From Azolla caroliniana (Eukaryota > Plantae > Polypodiophyta): DNA of 64,000 bases. The DNA lies in the NCBI GenBank assembly GCA_043228905.1, contig JBHGNT010000011.1, forward strand, positions 4,836,001 through 4,900,000, in the 5' to 3' direction. The notes under the pieces are model-generated. The model was not told the DNA's origin and ran no database searches. It saw only the letters and a program-made list of their open reading frames with translations. The position numbers and the translations under genes were made by a program. This document shows, piece after piece, positions 37,601 to 51,324 of the stretch; the first letter of the stretch is position 1; each line of letters opens with the position of its first letter.

Positions 37601-40298
37601 CATATCTGGTGCGAAACGCGGTCTTCCATTCGTCTTCTGGTCGGATCCGTACGAGGTTATATGCTCCCTGTAAGTCGATCTTCGTGAAGAACCTGGCACC
37701 ATTGATCCGTTCTAAAAGACTTGAGATAAGGGGAAGAGCATACCTATTCCTAATTGTAACCTTATTCAGGCCACGGTAATCTACAACGAGACGAAGCGAT
37801 CCATCCTTTTTCTTGACGAAGAAAATGGGCGTGCCAGCTGGAGATTTCGAATGCCGAATGAAACCATTTTCCAAATTCTCCTCTATATAGGCCCGAAGGA
37901 CTTCCAGCTCGGTTGGTGACAAATTGTAGATCGGTTCCCATGGCGGCTCTTTTCCCGGTTGTAAATCGATGGGGCAATCGTACGGTCGATGATGAGGAAG
38001 TGTGTTGGCTTGTACTTTATCGAACACATCGACGTAATGACAATACTTCTCGGGAAGTTGAACGGTGGATTCTTCTTTAGTGGTGCTGGAGGGGTTTACT
38101 GATATTGCAAAGAGGAACATTTCTTCCTTGCGCCCTTCTTTACGCAACTGACATAGCGAAATGGTTGCCATCTTCTGAGTTGACCCTTAGGTTTGTCGAC
38201 ACCGGATTTTTCTTGTTCTCCAATCTATGTCTGGGTTATGGAACTCGAACCACGGTAATCCTAAAACTATGGGATGTTCTGGGATACTAATAATATTAAA
38301 TGATACTACACATGCTAAGTTATCTAGGACAATATTAATGGGCTCTGATTCTTCTATGATATTTCCGGAAGCAATGGGACGTCCATCAATGACTACTACA
38401 GAGGCTGGACACTGGAGTTTTCTTAGGGATATCTTATGAGCTTGAGCAAATTTCTTATCCATAAAGCAAGAGTTAGCTCCGGAATCTAGGAGTGCTAGGA
38501 CATGTACTGGAGGGGTACTTTTAGTACTAACTATTACTTGGGCTACGAACACATCACTAACTTGCTTAGAGGGAATGGAACCACTAATGGGTTGCACAGA
38601 TCTAGGGTTGTCCAACCAAACGGCTCCTATTTTGGCTGGACTTAGACGTTTAACTCTTCTTCTAACTGACTAAGGACATCAAATCTGTTCGCTAGATCTG
38701 GGCTATTAGTACTATTAGGACTATCAGATATCCCTACTGAAATAGGCTTGGGTTTAGTACAATTAGAACTAGCGACTATTTGGTTTACATGTCTTCTTGG
38801 CTTATGGGGGCAATTTATTGCAATATGTCTTGGTCCACCACAGTAAAGACATAGTCGATTTGTACGGCGTCGCTGCTTTTCTTCTTCGGATAATGGCCCT
38901 CGACGACGTGTAGTGTCAATCTCCATCGGAGTCGAAGTATTCACTAGAGGCGCGTTATATGACTCCCTTGGAAAAGGTCTTGATACCACTGAGGCGTAGG
39001 TGGGCTCTGATCTTGCCCTCGGCATTTGTAGCTTTCGTTCCAAACGTCGCTCAAAGAGGCGGTTGTCACATCTCACCGCGCGACTGATTGCTTCTGTTAA
39101 GGACTTTGGCTCTTTGGGGAAGGTCAAGAGTAAATCCTTGACGTCGTTGCGTAAACCATAATGGAATTGCTCCATCAACGCTTGATCATCCCAAGGGATA
39201 TCGACGGCGAGTAGGCGAAAATCTACAGCGTATGCAGAGGCTGGACTGTCACCTTGGCGTAATCGCCGAATTTTGTTGATTGCGGTCCTGATGCTGTCAG
39301 TATCTCCGAAACATGCTTTAAACTCACCTAGAAACTCTTCAAAATTGTTGAGTAACGGAGATTCCTTTTCTAATAGTGGAGCGAACAATGCCAACGCTGA
39401 GCCACTTAACAAAGTGCCTACTAAACCCACTCGCGATGCATCGGTGGGATATCGGGAAGGATGCATTTGAATAACTAATCATACCTGGTTAAGGAACCCT
39501 CTAAACTGTGATCGCATTCCATCGAACTTTGTGGGAAGTCCAATCTTGGGTTCTTTATGAATCCCTTGTGTTCCGGGCCCTTGTTGTTGCATCGCTACGA
39601 TGGTGGCTTCGAGTTGTTGGACGCGTAACGCAAGTTCCCCATGCTGTTGTTGCATTTGCTGCTTTTCTAAGGAGATTTGCTGAAGATCCCCCAACAACCA
39701 TTGGTTTTCTTGTTCCAAAGCATGGAACTTCTCTTTCAAACATTGAAATTCCGAAAAAACAGACTGATATTATTCAGCGCTAACAGTGGCCATGGGATGA
39801 AAGAAAAGAGGAATAAGAGATTAGTAGGAAATGAGAGAGACAGAAGGTAGGAAAATCGGTTCAAACTGTCAGAAATAGTACTAAGACAGAGAAGGAATTA
39901 GTACTAAAAGAAGTATTAGTACTAAGAGAGGTGAAGAACTCTCAAGAGAAGGAAAGAGTGAGTGAGAGGGAGGGAGAGAGAGATCGAGAGAGAGAGAGAG
40001 AGTGATGATAAGAAAAGATACATATTATGTGAAGAAAATGTACAGTAGTTAGGAGGCTTAAGACTGGCGTTGAACCGATTTGGTTCGAAATAATGCCTTG
40101 TGCCTCCTTTTATAGTGTTCTAAGAAATACTCTTGAAGTTTCTAGAATGTTCCAGAGAAATCTGGAATATACATCAATTTTCTATAATAAAACATAAATG
40201 AAAATAATATTCTACGTATTACAATGTATAGTCTAATGGTGAAGAGCTTGACCCATGTAGCATAAGGTCATGGGTTTGAGTCTTGCCATATCATGACA
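34678..40298 (-). mobile_element. Full-length degenerate Ty3/gypsy chromovirus B (Tcn1/Tf1-like, self-priming)
   Basis: LTRs 34678-35091 and 39867-40298 with TSD TTACG; gag, PR, RT (YLDD), RNaseH, integrase with GPF motif and chromodomain. Confidence 0.95.
34928..34950. promoter_or_regulatory. Heat-shock element in Gypsy B LTR U3
   Basis: GAAgtTTCtaGAAtgTTCtaGAg, ~20 bp upstream of the TATA (34901-34908). Confidence 0.65.
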
Positions 40299-40569
40299 TT
40301 ACGAGGGCTGACCCTTTTTCGGCTTTTCTGAATCCTTCGGTGTAGTGCGATCGCTGCCGATTACCCTTGTCGGTTTGTCCGAAACCTGATCCGGATCCGG
40401 TCCTCTCCAGATCGGCGCGCTTCTTCCAGCACTCGCTCTCCTTGTGGCCTTTCTTGCCACAGTACCAGCATTCTGCGGCGGATTTCCCTTGTCGGTTCTT
40501 GTCACCTTGACTCCCCCTGTTTCTGGAGGGTCCGGAATTGCTGTCAACATCACTTCGGTGCCTCCTTCC

Positions 40570-41612
40570 CCCGGGGACTCCACTATATATAAGACGGTTG
40601 TATCACGTGCGTTCATGACATCATTTATAAACCCCTTATACGTATGGTTTTTACTATTTTAGTGACCCTTTTGTAGATAAAAGATTAATAAAAATACCCC
40701 TTACTACCAATATATTTTGTCATAACCACCCATTTTAAATACCCTTACATATAAAATATACATGCACACATAGTTTCCAATCCTAGAAGGGATCAATGAC
40801 CGCCTTTACAATTGATGACTCGCAAAATTATGAATGAAAATTAAACATCATATGCAATTCCTAGAAATGCTTCATCAAGTGCCACATAGATTGAAAACAC
40901 AATGTGTAAAGTACAAAGTAATGCACACACAATTAGGAAACATTACCCAAAACACTAGAGGTATAACATATATAAGCCACATATAAGTTTTTTTTTAAGT
41001 TTATTGAGACATATGAAGAATATAGCGTGATAAAAAAAAATGTAATTTACAATAAAACAATCTTGAACTTGATATATATATCTCAAAGAGCAGACGTGGA
41101 ACAATCCAAAATGCATATCAATAATGAAATTACTAACAAATTAACCTTATGTTTAGTTTCATGGATAGACTCATATGAAGCCGTAACATTATTTTTTCTC
41201 TTCTTGTTTCCCATTCAAAATATTTGTGTACACAAAGGAAAATGGTTCATAAAATATACCGTCCTCAATTATTTCGACTCAGATCTTTGCATATGTAAGA
41301 GTTCCTCTCACACTTACAATGCCCAAAGGTTTATCTTCATCATCCCTCTCATGTTCAAACACTTCAATAATAGATTCTTCATCCATTATCTACAAATAGA
41401 ATGACCCACCTATCATTTTTCATATAACCATACATCATATATATGTGTGTATGTGTGCATTGTGAATGTGGTATTCATGTGTGATTTGTGTGTATGTATG
41501 TTCCATACATCATATATGTTTGTATGTGGTATGCATATTTGTTGTGTTTTATGTTTGTGAGTGTGTATGTATGTTCCATACATTGTATATGTTTGTATGT
41601 GGTATGCATGTG

Positions 41613-41648
<36 letters not shown>

Positions 41649-41873
41649 ATGTGTGTTTGTGTGTGTGTGTATGTGTCTATAGGTATTGTATGGATTGTAT
41701 TGCATGTGTATATAGGTATGTGTGTAATATGTATGTATATATTGTATTGTATTGCATTTAATTGCATTTATTGTATGTATAGCATGTGTGATGTGTGTTA
41801 TGTTTGTGTGTGTGTGTGTGCATGTATGTTCCATACAACATATACATATATGTGTCCATATGTGTATGTATAT

Positions 41874-41910
<37 letters not shown>

Positions 41911-42082
41911 GTGTGTGTGTGTGTACATATTGTATTGTAATTTGTATGTATGTGTTGTGTAAATGTGTATGTATGTCAGTGTATATAGGTATGTGTGTAT
42001 GTATGTACATATTGTATTGTATTGTATTAATTTCGTTTATTGTATATATTGTATGTATTGCATGTGCGTATGATTGTATACG

Positions 42083-42132
<50 letters not shown>

Positions 42133-42500
42133 ATGTATGTATGATGTACGTGAGTGTGTGTAAGTCTAAGAATTTATGTTTTGGTTTATGTATGATGTTT
42201 GTACTTATGTGTACATGTAAAATATTTGTCGAGTAGTTGTGGCAGCCCCAATAGAGAATAATGGTGAGCAAAAACGGCACAACAAGGCAAGCGGGGCGGC
42301 AACAAAACGAGAACAGAGGCGGCAAAACGAGGACAGAAGCAACAAGGGGAGAAGAGGCGACAACAGCAATGAGGAGAGACGAGGAGGTAGAGCAAAGGAG
42401 GAGGCGGCAAAAATCTAAATTTAAAAAAACATGAATGTTCAAATATTATGTTTTGTGTGTATGTATGTGCACGTAATGTAATGTATGCATGTATGAATGA

Positions 42501-42531
<31 letters not shown>

Positions 42532-43658
42532 TGCATAAAATATGTATGTTTGCATGAATAAACATGAATTAATGAATATATGAATGTACATATGTGTATA
42601 TATGTAATATAAAATATGTAATGTATGTATATTTGTATGTGTATGTGTATGTGTATGCATAATACATATATGTGTGTGTGGATGTTTGTTTGTAATATGT
42701 ATGCATGTGTACATATAATATATATATTGTTTGTAAGCATGAGACTACATTTAGTAGCGATGCATTCCCTTTTATATCTCTTTATCTCTCTTGTAGTTCA
42801 TATGTCCGGGACTACACATGTAGCCAGGATTTTGTATTTCATTTTTATTCATGTTGTATCTCCAACCCTGCACTCTATCGCATAGCACGGTGTTATATTT
42901 GTCACCGGCTTATGTACTCGCCCCTTGTAAAAATCTTTATATTCTAAGCCCTACCCCTCCCCAACTTTCTCCTATTTCCAGCCCTACCCCTCCCCTACTT
43001 TCTCCTATTTCTAGCCCTACCCCTTACCCACTTTTCCCTATTCTCATTCAAACCCCTCTCCTACATTATTTTTATTTTTTCTTTAGAATGTTTTCACTTT
43101 TATAACTTATCACTTTTATAGTTTAACTTAAACATTCATACCCCTCATATATATACATTAATTTTACATACATATTACAAACAAACATCCACACACATAT
43201 ATGCATACACATACAAATATACATACATTACATATATACACATATGTACATTCATTCATGTTTATTTTTTTATTTTTTTATTTAAGAAGATATCCTGTCA
43301 TTAGTGTAACCATTTTTACAAGATTTAAATTCTATGTGATTGGGGGGGGGGGGGGAAACAACCATTCATTCATGTTTATTCATGCAAGCATACATATTTT
43401 ATGCATGCATTACATATATATATATTCATTCATTCATACATGCATACATTACATGCACATACATACATACATACATACATACATACTAAACATAGCATTC
43501 AAACATTCATGTACAAATGTGCATATGTGTATGCATATGTCACTTAGGTAATGTATGAGTATGTATGTCCATGTACGAATGTACATATGTGTATGCATAT
43601 ATGTAATGTATATGGATGTGTGATTGTAATATGTACATAATATCTATGTATATATCTA

Positions 43659-43710
<52 letters not shown>

Positions 43711-46567
43711 CAATGTATAAATGTACATGATTCAATGTATATGGATGTGTGATTGTAATATGTACATAATATCTATGTATATATCTAATGTATGTGTGTG
43801 TATGTAGCAATGTATAAATGTACATATGTGTATGCATATGTAATATATGTATGTGTATGCATATATCCATATGTAATTTATCTGTGTATGTACGTGTATT
43901 CATATATCCATATGACGATGCACATGATTCGATGTGTATGGATGTGTGATTGTAATATGTGCATAATATTTATGTATATATCTAATGTATGTATATGTAG
44001 CAATGTATAAATGAATATAGGTATGTCTATGTACAAATGTACATATGTATATGCATATGTAATGTATGTATGTGTATGCATATATCCATATGTAATTTAT
44101 CCATGTATGTATGTGTATTCATATCTCCATATGACAATGTACATGATTCAATGTGTATGGATGTGTGATTGTAATATGTGCATAATATTTATGTATATAT
44201 CTAATGTATGTATATGCAGCAATGTATAAATGAATATAGATATGTCTATGTACAAATGTACATATGTGTATGCATATGTAATGTATGTATGTGTATGCAT
44301 ATATCCATATGTAATTTATCTATGTATGTATGTGTATTCATATATCCATATGACAATGTACATGATTCAATGTGTATGGATGTGTGATTGTAATATGTGC
44401 ATATTATTTATGTATATATCTAATGTATGTATATGTAGCAATGTATAAATGAATATAGGTATGTCTATGTACAAATGTACATATGTGTATGCATATGTAA
44501 TGAATGTATGTGTGTGTGTGTGTGTTAGGTGTATGCATATATCCATATGTCAATGTACATGACTCAATGTATATGAATGTGTGATTGTAATATATGCATA
44601 TGCAATGTATGTATGTACATGCATGAATGTACATATGTGTATTATGTATATATCTAATATGTAATGTATGTATGTTTGTATGTGTATAGTGTATGGCATA
44701 TGTATATATGCATACATGAGTGTGTGGATGTTTGTTCGTAATATTTATGTATATATGTATGTATTGTAGTTTGTGATGATATGTATGTACATATGTAACG
44801 TACGTATATATGTGTATGTAACGTATTTATGTGTATGCAAGTATGTAATGTATGTATATATGTGTATGGATGTATGCTTGTAAAACTTATAACATTGTAG
44901 GCATATGTACGTATATATATGGTGATATGTGGAATGTGTATGTATGTATGTGTATGCATATATGTATCTGTCAATATACATGATTCAATGAGTATGAATG
45001 TGTTTGTAATATGTGCATAAGATGTATGTATATATCCAATGTATGTATATGTATGTGTGTATGTGGTCATATGTATGTAAATGTATGAATGTATGTATGC
45101 GTATATATGTAATGTATTTATGTATGTATATTTTTGGGATATTTTCATGTTTAGTATGTATATGGTTCGTATATGGATGTATGTTTGTAATATGTACGTA
45201 ATATGCATGTATATATGCAATGCATGTCTAAGTATACATATACCTAATGTGTGTGTGTATGTAAGTTTTGTGGTTTGTATGGTCCAGTATAATCTATATA
45301 TATGGTGATATGTGGAATATGTATTTACATATGTAATATATCTATATATGTATGTGTAAATTTGTATATTGTGTAATAGGTATGGATTATATGCTATGTA
45401 ATATCTAATTATTTTATGTGTGTGTGCACGTGTATATATATGTAACTTGTTTTTAAGTATGAAGATTTGTATACATATAATATCTAGTCTTAGGTATTAA
45501 TATGTATGTATGTGTGTGTATATATATAATATGTAATTTATTTTTCTGTGTTTTGTATGTATATATGCATTTGTGTATGTATGAATGTCATATATAATTT
45601 TATTGTATGTATTATGTTACATGTATATATGTATGTCAATATATATGGTTGAAACTTGATTCTAATATGTATGCAGTATGTAATGCATGTATGTATGTGT
45701 ATGTACATATTTACATATGGTAATATATATTTGTACATATATTTATGTTTATACATATTCATGGATGTAATGTTTGAATGTACAGGTATATACACATGTG
45801 TGATGTGTGATATATGAATGTAGGTATATATGCATGTATGTGGTATGCATGTGTGATGTGTGTTATGTTCGTGTGTGTATGTATGTATGCATATATTGTA
45901 TTGTATTGTATGTATGGAATGTGTGTATATGTGTATGTATGTGTATATACATAATATGTACTTTATTTTTTTGTGTTTGGTTTGTATATTTGCATTTGTA
46001 TATAATAATATATGTGTGTAATATGTAATATATAAAATATGTTTGTGAGAATGTGTATGTATATATGTAATATGTAATTTTTATGTATGTATTATGTATA
46101 CTCCTATGTCAATATATATGGCCGATTCTAATATGTATATAGTATGTAATGCATGTATGTATGTGTAAGTACATATTTACATATGGTAATACATATTTCT
46201 ACATATATTTATGTTTAGTCAATATGCATGTATAAATGGGTGTAATGTATGTATATACATATTCATGGATGTAATGTTTGAATGTAGGTATATGCATGTA
46301 TATGTATGTATGTATATATATATGCTTCTCCAAATTTGAGTATTGTTTGTATAATATATTCTTTACTATCTCATTGAAATATCTAATATTTCATGGGCTT
46401 ATATAAATTTTTTTTCCAGCATAATTGATAATACCCTTATGTAAATATATTTTCAAATCTTTATTAATACCCTTATATATATATATTCTTTATCTCATTG
46501 ATTAATTTAAACCCCTTTTGATGAACTCACGTGCTATCATACAAGTTTTGACAGTGAAGCCCCCAGG
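40570..46567. mobile_element. Non-autonomous TIR DNA transposon (~6 kb) with 8-bp TSD; interior mostly TG/TA microsatellite-like
   Basis: TSD CTCCTTCC (40562-69, 46568-75) interrupts copia gag. Imperfect ~47-bp ungapped TIRs CC(C/T)GGGG.CT.CACT...CACGTG.GTTCAT. Confidence 0.8.
41430..46330. repeat. Degenerate (TG)/(TA)/(TATG) low-complexity tract with ~219-bp tandem units at ~43790-44500
   Basis: Composition seen directly; near-identical units begin at ~43792, 44011 and 44230. Confidence 0.9.
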
Positions 46568-47772
46568 CTCCTTCCTCAGTCCCGTCAGCCACTTCCATTG
46601 CACACCTACTCACCTCGTACGCCACGACCACGGAGCCTATCTCCCTCCGTGTACAACATCTTGTTGTCGGCATGCGTGCTCGTCAACGCACCCGCCTGGT
46701 TCTCCTTTATAAGGAGCATCGACTGTAGGTTGAAAAACGACAACATATTCTTACGTGTACACACAGCAATTCGGAACGCTCCAAACTTCGACACCAATCC
46801 CCCGAGATAGATCTGCACCATCTCGCCTTTCTCGACATTCACATCGATAGAGTCTAAGGAGTCGCATATCTCTTTGATCTTCGAGGTGTAATCAGCCACC
46901 GACAAGTCGCGTTGTCATAAGTTGCTCAGCTCCTGTCAGAGCTGAAGCTTCCTGGTTGTAGTGCTTGTGGTGAAAATCTTCTTCAGATTTCCCCAAGCAT
47001 CTTTCGGCATTTTCGCATCCCGAATGTAGCTTAGAAGTTGTTCGCCCACACAAGACGCGAAGTAGTAGAGGACTTTACTCGCCGACTGTTCCCACGCTAG
47101 GAAATCTTTGTGTGTCAAATCGAGTGCTGTGTCATTTGCTTCGTCGATGTAGCTCCAATAACCGTGCCCGAGTAGGTATTGGTGCATCTTGTAAGACCAA
47201 GACGCGTAGTTGTTTTTGTCGAGCTTCTCTGTTGGAAGCGAGCTAGCCATGCCTCTATCCATTTTGTTTTTCCTGTCCTTTACGAAGGTTAGGTTTTCTT
47301 CTTTGAGCTAAGGTCGGTTGCAGAGGTTCTCAACCCTCACGCTCTGATACCATGTAAAAAGAATAGCGTGCGGAAGCAATAAAAAACCGAACACAGAATC
47401 GCAGGTTTAATGGAGAGCTTGAATATACACAGTACACAGGAGAGACAGACAGTGAGAGAGAGAATGCACACAAACTCAATTCAAAAGATAATACTCAATC
47501 TGTACATAGGATGTGCTCAGTGAGCACTTTTATACAATTCCATACGGACTGACAGAAGTACTAACACGTACTTCAATGCTCATAAGTGAGCTCTACACTA
47601 ACTCCTAAAACTACGCGGAATATCTTTCCAACGGCCTCGCAGTTTACGCACCGCTATGCCTTCTCGTTGCGCACCGGTCTGCGCACCGGTGTGGCCTAAC
47701 CGATCGATCCCAACCGATCCGGTTCTCGGCTTGCACAACCGATCCGGCTAATGTTGAGCTTGTATCTCAACA

Positions 47773-50560
47773 CTTCATGACCCTAGAGGTCGTTTAGGGG
47801 TTCCCATGGTAGGTGAGGGTGTAGAAGGCATTAGAATCGGTGGCTGGTTTGGGACTTGGTAAAGTCTCTCTGTATATGTGTGCCAAGTGTTGGGATCCTT
47901 GATGGGTGTTTGTGGTCTTGGTTGTCGTAGTCTCTTCCACGTAGTGGCGCAATTGCTACTCATGAGCATATGGTAGAGATCCCAATATTGGGATGCTTCC
48001 CACGCTCGCCCCTTACGGCGTGTCATCTTGTGCATTTCTTTGCAAGCTTGTACTAAGGTGATAGTAACACTGAGATGTGATACTTTAAGTTGTCTATGTA
48101 AGTCCCTACAATCCTCATAATACCATCTATTCTGTGGCATAGACCCTAATCTACCTTGATTGGAGTGTTTTGTATATGGGAAGTAGCTAATTGTTGTGGA
48201 GTGAAGGATGTGTGTGAATTCCATAGGAAGGCTTTCTAAAGGCAAGGAGGAATGAAGAGAGGAGAGATGGGCATGAACATGTCGGGAGTATATGTCTGAG
48301 AGCTCATGTGTGAAATGTATTGTGGTGTGATGGCTTGATTGACTAGAGTTGGTGATATTGGAGATATCGCATTTTAGCTCAAAGTATAAGAAACTATAGT
48401 CTGTGCCAATAGGACATGGGGCCACCTGGAAGGAGTTAATCATGTGGATAGCTTCAGGGCATCCTATTAGATAATCAATTATGCTTTCCCCTCCTCCATG
48501 TGGGAAACATGTGATCTCTTTCGAGCCTGGCCACTTGGTTGAACCATGATATATGATCATCCGATGCCGACTGCCAAGTTCGAGCAGATGATGGCCAAAG
48601 CTTGTGGCGTCCTCACCTTGATCTTTTGATCTACCTGTGGTGCCTATGTCTAAAGGATTGACATTTACCATTTCTAGGTTTCTATTGATCTGAAATGTTG
48701 TGCATTGTCATGATTGGGTTCTCACATTGAAATCTCCTACAAGGAAGACTTCTCCTTGGGAAGAATATCGGATTATGTCATCCGATAAAGGTTGGTATGG
48801 AGAAGGCCCATGTGGCACTCCTTCATGAAATTAATCTCACCTCTCTAGCCATATTATAACGGGATCCTTTCAGGGGAAAGTAACAGATGGTGAAAAATAC
48901 TGCCTAGTCCTTGATAGTGAAGACTTTGACCCACATAAAACGAGCTTCTGGGTCTATCCTTAGTATTTATATCCTATTATGTAGCTCTCTCCCAAACAAT
49001 ATTGCAACACCTCTAGATCCTCTGGTAGTGCGTCGACGTAAGGTTTGTAAATACAGACTGCCAATGAAATCATTCGACTCAGAGTCCTCTATTTGAGCAT
49101 TGGTGTGTTTCTACTAAGAAAATCATATCTGATACCTTTAATATCTCCTCTAGGCAGCCGGGGTGTGTCCAGAGTGCACCGTTACAATTCCATAACCTCA
49201 TCCTAAGTTATTTTCTATTACATGGGTTGCACGCCGTCAATTAGTAGCGCGATAATTTATTATGACTCGGTCGTCCCGATAAAAGGCGTGATGTCGTTCT
49301 TTATGAGCTTTCATAACTCGTGGCAGAAAAATTTTGTGGTGCTCAATTTGCATCTTAATGAGTTCTTCATCTAGATAGATAGGTCCCCACCTAATACGTG
49401 AACAATTGGTCTTTTCTTAAAAAATGTGATTCGAGATTCCAATTCTTTAAAATGAAGGAATAAGGCTCTCTTCCTAGTTGTGTCACGCCCGACCCTCCAA
49501 ATTTTGGTGATTGGTATGGCCTCTGTGTACCCTAGCATTTTCCTAAGTGTTTGTGCATCTTTGTCGGGGGATGCACCTTCCTTGAGTCTAGTGACATGTG
49601 CGTTTAAGCGTCGGGCCTAACGCATTTTCTCTGGTAGTAGTGTTAACAATATTTTCATCTTTTATTTCCTTTTTAATGTTTTGTTTTACCACGTCTACCG
49701 AACCCATTTTAGCTAACTCCATGTCATTTTTTAATTCCTCTTTAACTTTTTTAATCTCTTCCTTTATATCTTCTATGGAGGATATTTCACCATCTTCCCT
49801 AGATACCTCGAGGTCATTATGTTGTTTCTTAAGATTGATGTTTTCTACTTTAAGTTTCTCTATTTTGGCCTTAAGTGCATCTTTTTCCTCTCTATCATTT
49901 TTCTTGTGGGTTTCGACTTCTTTCGCCCATTTTCTCATATCAGTCTCTATTTTAACTAAACATTTAAACATATCTAAAAGTCTTCTTTATTTATAACCTC
50001 ATCTTGTATCTCTTAATGTTCCTTAATTCATTTAGATGCCATTTTTGAGTAATATATAAAAATAAAATAAAAGAAGTGGATGGAAGACTTAGTCGAGCAT
50101 GTGTGGGTGTCTCCTTCACTTTGGTGGATTGGCGCACATAATTATGTCGCACCTACCATGCGACACACGCAAGAGAGCACTCCAAAGATGCACAACCCAC
50201 TAAAGAAAGTGCGCGTGCAAAGTACAACACACACGCGGCAAAGGAACAAACTCCACCAAGGGTGCACTTGACAACTTCAAAAACAAGAAGAGTAGAGGAA
50301 ACAAATTGCTCCTTAGTGAGGAAAGAAATGTAGAGAGGAAAGTAGCAACCACGCACACAACAAACCACGCTCGCATGCAGAGAAATGCAGCTGACCAATG
50401 CACACAACAATCACAGGTGGCAACCTATGGACAACAACGGCTATGGTATCGTTGGAAGTAATGTCACGGCAGTCGTGGTTGTAGTCACGCCAAAGGGCAG
50501 CAGTCCGTGGCGGCGATCGTAGTGGCAGTCACGAGAGAGGGCAGCAGTACGTTGCGATAG
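47773..50560 (-). mobile_element. Degenerate LINE 5' part: 5'UTR, coiled-coil ORF1, APE endonuclease region of ORF2
   Basis: Coiled-coil ORF 49588-49971; endonuclease motifs WNCNG, GDFN.RT and IIDY; continues in the RT fragment at 21559-20790. Confidence 0.8.
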
Positions 50561-50569
50561 TCATGGCAA

Positions 50570-51320
50570 TGTTAAAGAGAGAGAGAGAGTCGAGTAGACA
50601 ACAAAACTACATTCAAAATAACACTCTCTATCACATACAAATGTGCTCAGTGAGCACCTTTTATACGAGTCCTTCAAAAGGACTGACAGAATTACGGGCA
50701 AGTACTTCAATGCTCGTGAATGACCTATTGACACTATCAACCTATAATACTTCTATTTACTAAAATAGGAATATAGGATCCTAATGGCATGGTGGCTCCT
50801 AGTCGATTGGCTTATGTCCAATCCAGATCTCGTCTTCTTCAGATGATCTAGGCCTAGCCGATTGGTCTTTGTTCTATTTGGCTTTCGGTTTCTTCAGTCG
50901 ATCCAGGCCTAGCCGATTGGTCTCTGTCCGATCCGGCTTTCGGCTTCTTCAACTGATCCGTCCCATGTTTATCTTGTCACTCAACACTCCCCCTCAAGCT
51001 CAACTTGAGCTTCCCTATCAGCTTCAGTTGGTCCATTGCTCCAACTTCTCTTGGCTTCACACCTCTTTGCTCGCGCTCCACGACCTGTTCGGTCCCGCGC
51101 TCCTCGACTTGCTTGGTCAACTTGTCTCCTTCAAAGGCCCTCGATGAACTTCTCCTTGCCTCCTTCAACCTATCAGCTCATCCGTATCAGCATCGGCTTT
51201 GACTACCTCCTTATCCATTTGGCCTTCATATGATTCAGCTTGTTTGAATCATTCCCTCAGACCGAACAGGCTGTCTTCGATCCTTCTCCACCGCTGACCG
51301 AATCTTCTGTCTCTGATCCG
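50570..51320 (-). mobile_element. Copia 3' LTR (50570-50986), PPT and part of the charged 3' extension
   Basis: TG...CA followed by ctccccctcaagct; LKLSLRGSVE motif. Confidence 0.75.
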
Positions 51321-51324
51321 TCTT

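Larger units (their letters stand above)
21560..47772 (-). mobile_element. Full-length Ty1/copia hosting three nested insertions
   Basis: LTRs 21560-21967 and 47353-47772 with TSD CTTCA (21555-59, 47773-77). tRNA-iMet PBS TGGTATCAGAGC (47352-47341) and PPT at 21968. Gag at 47262-46568 and 40569-40299; PR, INT, RT and RNaseH at 34677-31465. Confidence 0.95.

Noticed and set aside
38172-38189. Programmed stop read-through between protease and RT
   Set aside because: The stop is not at an equivalent position in Gypsy A, and both elements carry many other stops; simple decay is the likelier explanation.
41466-46028. Many Cys/Val/Tyr/His/Thr-rich ORFs
   Set aside because: Translation artefacts of TG/TA microsatellite DNA, open on both strands.
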